From: Acidimicrobiia bacterium
GTDB taxonomy: Bacteria; Actinomycetota; Acidimicrobiia; Spongiisociales; UBA5794
Length of the DNA stretch: 64,000 bases
Assembly (NCBI GenBank): GCA_041393965.1
Contig: JAWKJB010000002.1
Span: 512,339 to 576,338, forward strand
Direction of reading: 5' to 3'
The translations under genes and the position numbers were made by a program. Shown piece by piece: positions 58,480 through 64,000 of the stretch (position 1 is the stretch's first letter; every line of letters begins with the position of its first letter). The notes beneath the pieces were generated by a model, which did not search any database, had not been told where the DNA came from, and saw nothing but the letters and a program-made list of their open reading frames with translations.

Positions 58480-58836
58480 ATGGCTCGAGTGAAGCGTTCG
58501 GTGAACGCACGCAAGAAACGCAGAAAGATCATGGACCGTGCCTCCGGCTACACCGGGGCACGATCACGGCGGTACCGCACCGCGCGTGAACAGGTCATGC
58601 ACGCCATGCAGGACAGCTACGACCATCGTCGGGCACGAAAGGGACAGTTCCGGCGCCTCTGGATCCAACGAATCAACGCAGCGGCCCGCCAGAACGGCTC
58701 GACCTATTCGCGTGTCATGGCGGGCCTCAGGGCTGCTGACATCGAGGTCGATCGGAAGATGCTCGCTGAGATGGCCGTCAGCGACCCGGACGCCTTCCGA
58801 GCCCTGGTCGAGGTCGCAACGACCGCAACCGAATAG
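58480..58836 (+). CDS. rplT: 50S ribosomal protein L20
   Basis: [24 protein letters not shown]. 118 aa. The track ORF at 58396 is over-extended. Confidence 0.95.
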   Translation: MARVKRSVNARKKRRKIMDRASGYTGARSRRYRTAREQVMHAMQDSYDHRRARKGQFRRLWIQRINAAARQNGSTYSRVMAGLRAADIEVDRKMLAEMAVSDPDAFRALVEVATTATE

Positions 58837-58879
58837 TCGGGTTGTTCATGCCTCGATGGTATGCGTCGTGAGGTGAGCG

Positions 58880-59611
58880 GTGGCCGTCGTTTCGTCGACC
58901 ACAAACAGCACAATCAAGGCCGTGGCAGGCCTCAAGCGCCGAAAGGAACGCGACCAGACCGGCCGCATCCTCGTCGAAGGGCCAACGCTGTTTGCAGCCG
59001 CAACGGGGGCCGGGCTCATCCCAGAGATGCTGCTTGTGACACCCGGCGACTCGTTCTCGATCGCCGCGGCTGAACGAACCGGAGTCGTTCCGATCCTTGT
59101 CACCGATCGCGTGCTCGCATCAGTTGCCGACACCAAACACCCCCAATCACCGGTAGCGGTCTTTGACCGACCGCCGCCGACGCCGGTTCCTTACGACGAT
59201 GTCGTGGTGCTCGTGGGTGTCGGCGATCCGGGGAACGCGGGCACCATCATCCGAACGGCGGTGGCGTTCCGATGGGCCGTCGTGACGACCCCCGCGACGG
59301 TGGACCTGTGGAGTCCGAAGACGCTTCGTTCAGGAGCCGGGGCCCATTTCGCCGCCGCCATCAGTCGAATCGATGGAATCGATGAGCTCGCGGACCACAC
59401 CAAGGTCGCGACGGTTGTGAGCGGTGGGCATCATGAGGTGGCAACGGGAGGACCGTATGCCTTGCTTGTCGGATCCGAAGCCCACGGACTCGATCCACAG
59501 ACCGTCGCGGCCTGCGACATCTCCTACACGATTCCGATGCCCGGCCCCGTCGAGAGCCTGAACGCGTCGGTTGCGGCAGCGCTGGCAATGGTGGCCATCT
59601 CGCGGCGTTGA
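58880..59611 (+). CDS. TrmH/SpoU family RNA 2'-O-methyltransferase
   Basis: SPOUT motifs GDPGNAGTIIRTA, LLVGSEAHGL and ESLNASVAAALAM. GTG start. Confidence 0.8.
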   Translation: MAVVSSTTNSTIKAVAGLKRRKERDQTGRILVEGPTLFAAATGAGLIPEMLLVTPGDSFSIAAAERTGVVPILVTDRVLASVADTKHPQSPVAVFDRPPPTPVPYDDVVVLVGVGDPGNAGTIIRTAVAFRWAVVTTPATVDLWSPKTLRSGAGAHFAAAISRIDGIDELADHTKVATVVSGGHHEVATGGPYALLVGSEAHGLDPQTVAACDISYTIPMPGPVESLNASVAAALAMVAISRR

Positions 59612-59651
59612 ATTGGCGCGACAGCACGACTCTGATAGCCTCTCGAACACA

Positions 59652-59756
59652 ATGACACCTATCCGATTCACGAACGAGTTCTTTCCGAGGTCACCTCGGG
59701 CATCCTGACTCGTCTCACCACACGATCAACGGCCCGGGTGACTCCCGGGCTTTTTT
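59652..59756 (+). promoter_or_regulatory. Putative leader-peptide transcription attenuator preceding pheST (candidate Phe leader plus intrinsic terminator)
   Basis: An 18-codon ORF (59652-59708) encodes MTPIRFTNEFFPRSPRAS, with tandem TTC-TTT Phe codons abutting hairpin ccgagg/cctcgg (59685-59699). An alternative pairing joins ctcgggc (59695-59701) with gcccggg (59732-59738). Terminator gcccggg-tgactc-ccgggc plus T6 sits at 59732-59756, 32 nt before the pheS ATG. Confidence 0.4.
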
Positions 59757-59788
59757 GATGCATCGACGCCAACGCAACCGAGGAAACC

Positions 59789-60814
59789 ATGACCGCTAGT
59801 CTGCCGCCATCGATGGAACCACTGCGCAAGCTCGCGACGGAAGCTCCTGCACGCATCGAGTCTGCTTCAACGACCGCCGAACTCGATGTCGTCGAATCAG
59901 CGCTCGTCGGGCGTTCCTCGCCGATCGCGAAGGCACGCCAGGGCCTCGGTCAGATTGCCGATCCTGCCGAGAGGGGAGCGGCCGGCAAGGCCATCAACGA
60001 TGTTGCCAAACAGATCGAGGCGCTCGTTGCCGCGAAGCGCGAGGTCGTCGAACAGGCAGAAGAAGCGGCACGGCTGGCAACCGAAACGGTGGATGTCACC
60101 TTGTCGGGCCGTCGGCCACGGCGTGGGACACATCACCTGATCCAGTCGACCATGGACGAGATCATCGACATCTTCGTCAGTCTCGGGTATACCGTGGCAA
60201 CAGGACCGGAAGCAGAGACCGAGTTCTACAACTTCACGGCGCTGAACATCCCGAAGTCCCATCCGTCGCGGCTCGAGAGCGACACGCTCTACCTCGACTA
60301 CGGCGACGAACACGAGGGTGTCCTCCTGCGCACGCACACTTCGCCCATGCAGGCCCGACATATGGAACAGCACGACCCACCGACCTATGTCGTGGTCCCG
60401 GGTCGGGTGTACCGTGCGGACGCCGTCGACGCGACACACTCGCCGGTGTTCACCCAGCTCGAGGGCCTCGCCGTCGATGAGAACATCACCCTTGGCGACC
60501 TCAAGGGCACGCTTGCCTACTTCGCGAAGGCCTTTTTCGGTCCTGACACCAGCGTCAAGTTCATACCGCACTACTTCCCGTTCACCGAGCCATCAGCCGA
60601 GATGCATGCGTACACAAACGGCCAGTGGATCGAGCTGCTCGGTTGCGGCATGGTGAATCCTGCGGTTTTTGAGCATGTCGGGTACGACCCCGACGCATAT
60701 ACGGGCTTCGCCTTCGGCATGGGGATCGAGCGGATGGCGATGGTCCGCCACGGCATCAACGACCTACGAACCCTCCTCGACGCCGACCCACGCATCTTGG
60801 AGCAGTACCGATGA
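59789..60814 (+). CDS. pheS: Phenylalanyl-tRNA synthetase alpha subunit
   Basis: Class II core motifs (FPFTEPSAE, GFAFGMGIERMAM). 341 aa. Confidence 0.95.
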   Translation: MTASLPPSMEPLRKLATEAPARIESASTTAELDVVESALVGRSSPIAKARQGLGQIADPAERGAAGKAINDVAKQIEALVAAKREVVEQAEEAARLATETVDVTLSGRRPRRGTHHLIQSTMDEIIDIFVSLGYTVATGPEAETEFYNFTALNIPKSHPSRLESDTLYLDYGDEHEGVLLRTHTSPMQARHMEQHDPPTYVVVPGRVYRADAVDATHSPVFTQLEGLAVDENITLGDLKGTLAYFAKAFFGPDTSVKFIPHYFPFTEPSAEMHAYTNGQWIELLGCGMVNPAVFEHVGYDPDAYTGFAFGMGIERMAMVRHGINDLRTLLDADPRILEQYR

Positions 60815-63201
60815 AGCTCACCCGATCGTGGATTGACGAGTTCGTCACCCTTCCGACGAGGAATCCCGAGGAGCTCATCGAGGTGTTCGAGAGCCTCGGA
60901 CACGAGGTCGAGAACTGGCACGACCTCGAAGCAGGATTTCGAGGCGTCGTCGTCGGGAAGGTCACCGACATCACGAGACACCCGAACGCCGACAAGGTGC
61001 GCTTGACGAGGGTCGACATCGGTGATGAGGTGCTCGACATCGTCTGTGGCGCGTGGAACTTCGAGGTCGGCGCCATCGTTCCCGTTGCCGTCCCGGGAGC
61101 GGTCCTCGACCCTTCTTTCGAGATCGCCCGTCGTGAGATCCGCGGCGTCACCTCGAACGGGATGATCTGCTCGGAGACCGAGCTGGGACTCGGGGATGAC
61201 GCCGACGGGATCATGGTGCTCGATGCTCCCCATGGCTTTGTCCTTGGTGGCGACTTCGCAGCGTTCATGGGTCTGCCCGATGTGCATTACGAGATCAATG
61301 TGACCCCGAACCGTCCCGATTGTCTCTCCGTCTACGGGCTTTGTCGGGATCTCGCCGCGTACTTCCAGGTGCCGCTCCGGGGCCAGAACATCGACCTCCG
61401 CGAGGGCGGCGCACGCAACGACATCACCGTCACGATCGATGTCCCTGAGCTCTGCGGCAGGTTCGCGGGACGACGCGTGCGAGGGGTCCGGGTCGGACCT
61501 TCACCCCATTGGATGCGATGGCGTCTGATGCAGGCGGGGATTCGTCCCATCTCCAATGTCGTCGATGCGTCGAACTACGCGATGATCGAGTTCGGCTACC
61601 CGACCCACGCGTTCGATGTCGACCGGCTCGGAACGACGATTCAGGTGAGGCTGACAACCGATGGGGAGACCATCGTCACGCTCGACGATCGGCTTCGCAC
61701 TCTCACAGGATCTGACCTCGTTGTCACCGATGGAGTCGCGCCGGTCGCGATCGGCGGCGTGATGGGTGGGGCAACGACCGAGGTGGGGCACGAAACCACG
61801 GATGTCTTCATCGAGGCCGCGTATTGGGATCCCGCGACGATTCTTGAAACCTCGAAACACATGGGGCTGCGCAGTGAGGCTTCGATGCGGTTCGAGCGCG
61901 GCGCTGATCCGTCGTTCTGTGCGATGGCCGCCGACCGAGTTGCCCAGCTTCTCGTCCAAACCGCCGGAGGCCTACCTGCCCCGGGGCCGGTCGATGTGAA
62001 TCCTGCGGATGTCCGACCATGGAGCATCACCTACCCACTCGCCACGACGGAACGCATCCTTGGGATTGCACTCGACCCTGACACCACAAGCGATCTGCTT
62101 CGACGCATGTCGTTCGAGGTCGAGGGCACCGATCCGCTCACGGTCACGGTGCCCACCCGTCGCCCCGATGTTCGGGCCCCGGTCGATGTCGTCGAAGAGA
62201 TCGCCCGCCTCCATGGCTTCGCGGGGATACCGGACACCGTTCCGAACGGGCCTGGCGGCGGATTGCCGTATGAGGAACGAAGGCTTCGGCTGATCCGCCA
62301 GATCATGGTCGGTGCCGGATACCACGAGATGCTGACCTTCTCGTTCATGGGAACCGCTGATGTCGACGCGATGAACTACCCGGAGGGCCACCCGGCACGC
62401 ACCGGAATTCGCGTCGTGAATCCCCTCAACGACGCCGAAGGTGTGATGCGGACGACCCTGTTGCCGGGTCTTGCGAAGGCGGCGGCGTCGGCCCTTGCCA
62501 GAACGACTCACGAGTCGCGACTGTTCGAAATCGGCAAGGTGTTCCTCAGCGGTGTCGGCAAACTCCCCGAACAGCCGGATCGGCTTGCCTTCATCCTCGC
62601 TGGCGAGCCACCCGTGGCATGGGACGGCCGAGGCCGCAAGCCGACCGTCTACGACGCGACCGGCATCTGGGAGGTGCTCGGCGGTGCGCTTTCCATTCCC
62701 GACGCGGCGGTCAGGAAGGCGGAGGCGCCCGGCTTCCATCCCGGACGGTGTGCCGAGCTCACGATCGGGGATGTGGTCATCGGGACGGCCGGTGAGCTGC
62801 ACCCCGCGGTCGTCCGCAGGTTCGACCTCGACGGGCCGGTTGCAGCCGGCGAGCTCGATCTCGCCGAACTGCTCGTTGATCGGGGGCCATGGCAATACAC
62901 GGCGCCGAGCGTGTTCCCACCTGCGATCTTCGACATGGCGTTCGTCGTGTCGGCATCGACACCAGCGCGTTCCGTGCTCGACGCGGCGGCAACGGCGGCC
63001 CCACACCTGATCGAGGACATGCGGGTCTTCGATGTCTTCAGCGGTGATGCGGTCGGTGAGGGCAACAAATCGCTCGCGATCCGTTTCACGCTCAGGGCAC
63101 CCGACCGAACCCTCACCGATGCCGAAGCAGGCGAAGTTCGCAGGACAATCGTCGACGCGGTGGGTGGGGCCGTCGGCGGCTCGCTGCGTGGGGAGCTCTG
63201 A
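60811..63201 (+). CDS. pheT: Phenylalanyl-tRNA synthetase beta subunit
   Basis: 796 aa with tRNA-binding, B3/B4, B5 and FDX-ACB domains. 4-nt overlap with pheS. Confidence 0.95.
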   Translation: MKLTRSWIDEFVTLPTRNPEELIEVFESLGHEVENWHDLEAGFRGVVVGKVTDITRHPNADKVRLTRVDIGDEVLDIVCGAWNFEVGAIVPVAVPGAVLDPSFEIARREIRGVTSNGMICSETELGLGDDADGIMVLDAPHGFVLGGDFAAFMGLPDVHYEINVTPNRPDCLSVYGLCRDLAAYFQVPLRGQNIDLREGGARNDITVTIDVPELCGRFAGRRVRGVRVGPSPHWMRWRLMQAGIRPISNVVDASNYAMIEFGYPTHAFDVDRLGTTIQVRLTTDGETIVTLDDRLRTLTGSDLVVTDGVAPVAIGGVMGGATTEVGHETTDVFIEAAYWDPATILETSKHMGLRSEASMRFERGADPSFCAMAADRVAQLLVQTAGGLPAPGPVDVNPADVRPWSITYPLATTERILGIALDPDTTSDLLRRMSFEVEGTDPLTVTVPTRRPDVRAPVDVVEEIARLHGFAGIPDTVPNGPGGGLPYEERRLRLIRQIMVGAGYHEMLTFSFMGTADVDAMNYPEGHPARTGIRVVNPLNDAEGVMRTTLLPGLAKAAASALARTTHESRLFEIGKVFLSGVGKLPEQPDRLAFILAGEPPVAWDGRGRKPTVYDATGIWEVLGGALSIPDAAVRKAEAPGFHPGRCAELTIGDVVIGTAGELHPAVVRRFDLDGPVAAGELDLAELLVDRGPWQYTAPSVFPPAIFDMAFVVSASTPARSVLDAAATAAPHLIEDMRVFDVFSGDAVGEGNKSLAIRFTLRAPDRTLTDAEAGEVRRTIVDAVGGAVGGSLRGEL

Positions 63202-63312
63202 GTGCCCTACTTTGAAGGCTTGCGGATCGCCGACCTGATGTGACGCGATGGATGGATCGAAGATCTTCTGGCGCAAAGCGCCACCGAGGTCGCGCCGAGA
63301 CTCCTCGGCTGC

Positions 63313-63804
63313 GTGTTCTCGACGAGAATCGACGGTCGGCTGACAGCGGTGGAGCTGACCGAGGTCGAGGCGTACATGGGAGTCGACGATCCTGCCTCCC
63401 ACGCCTACCGGGGCGAGACGGCTCGGACCGCTCCCATGTTTGCAAGGGGCGGGCTGATCTATGTGTACCTGAGCTACGGCGTCCACCACTGCGTGAATGT
63501 CGTGACGGGGCCACAGGGAGCGGCACAGGCGGTGCTGCTGCGAGGTGGAACACCGGTCGAAGGGCGCGAGATCATGGAGCATCGTCGGGGGCGTTCGCAG
63601 CATCTCGCGGACGGACCGGGAAAGCTCGGCCAGGCACTGGGACTGACCACCCGCCATTCGGGTTTGCCGATCGACAACGCACGCATCGGGCTCGCGCCCG
63701 GCAAGGCGCCCACTCGGGTGCTTGCCACACCTCGGGTCGGAATCTCGCGAGCGAAGGACCGTCTCTGGCGTTTCGTCGCGCAGCCCGGGCCCGATCATGC
63801 CTGA
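63313..63804 (+). CDS. mpg: DNA-3-methyladenine glycosylase (Mpg/AAG family)
   Basis: TEVEAYMGVDDPASHAYRGETARTAPMF...GGLIYVYLSYGVHHCVNVV is the conserved AAG core. The coordinates begin at the first in-frame GTG. Homology extends upstream in frame (LLGCVF) without a canonical start codon. Confidence 0.8.
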   Translation: MFSTRIDGRLTAVELTEVEAYMGVDDPASHAYRGETARTAPMFARGGLIYVYLSYGVHHCVNVVTGPQGAAQAVLLRGGTPVEGREIMEHRRGRSQHLADGPGKLGQALGLTTRHSGLPIDNARIGLAPGKAPTRVLATPRVGISRAKDRLWRFVAQPGPDHA

Positions 63805-64000
63805 GCACCCCAGTCGTCTACGCTTCGGCGCGATGCCAAGCCCCGAAGAGCAGTACGACTACATCACGCGAACCGTCGAGGTGACGCTCCCCGAAGGTGC
63901 CCTTCGAGAACAGATCGAGCGCTCGGTCGAGACGGGTGTACCCCTTCGTGTGAAGCTCGGCGTCGATCCGACCGCGCCCGATGTGACGCTTGGATGGGCT
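63797..64000 (+). CDS. tyrS: Tyrosyl-tRNA synthetase-like class I aaRS, N-terminal fragment (continues past the window end)
   Basis: ATG at 63797 overlaps the mpg stop (ATGCCTGA). ...PLRVKLGVDPTAPDVTLGWA resembles the TyrS G-x-DPTA...HIGH region. The mpg-tyrS synteny is mycobacterial. 68 codons are visible. Confidence 0.55.
   Translation, partial: MPEHPSRLRFGAMPSPEEQYDYITRTVEVTLPEGALREQIERSVETGVPLRVKLGVDPTAPDVTLGWA

Noticed and set aside
61972-63798. 608-aa minus-strand ORF opposite pheT and mpg
   Set aside because: It is an antisense artefact.

Overview
This is a high-GC (about 68%) actinobacterial chromosomal segment made almost entirely of housekeeping operons on the + strand. Many adjacent genes are translationally coupled through ATGA/GTGA/TGATG overlaps. 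Gene order resembles the mycobacterial map (thrS to pgsA1-patA-pimA to pdxST to ruvCAB to queA-tgt to yajC-secDF to relA to hisS-aspS to rarA to alaS-ruvX-mltG to aro genes to efp-nusB to pyr/car operon to mihF-gmk-rpoZ-coaBC-priA to def-fmt to rpe to rib operon to infC-rpmI-rplT to pheST to mpg-tyrS), with local differences. No rRNA, tRNA, CRISPR array, transposon or obvious defence island was found. Non-coding elements seen in the sequence: an FMN riboswitch ahead of ribD; a Bacillus-type PyrR binding loop plus intrinsic terminator ahead of pyrR; a LexA/SOS box over the ruvC start codon; a leader-peptide-style attenuator candidate ahead of pheS; and a non-AUG (AUC) start for infC. Accessory-looking insertions are an MMPL transporter, a 2-TM protein and citrate synthase placed between thrS and the PIM-lipid genes; an inverted PPK2 gene; and a degenerate REC-GGDEF regulator coupled to rpe. 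Many ORF-track entries on the opposite strand are antisense artefacts of GC-rich coding sequence. Several ORF-track starts are over-extended, and corrected starts are given below.
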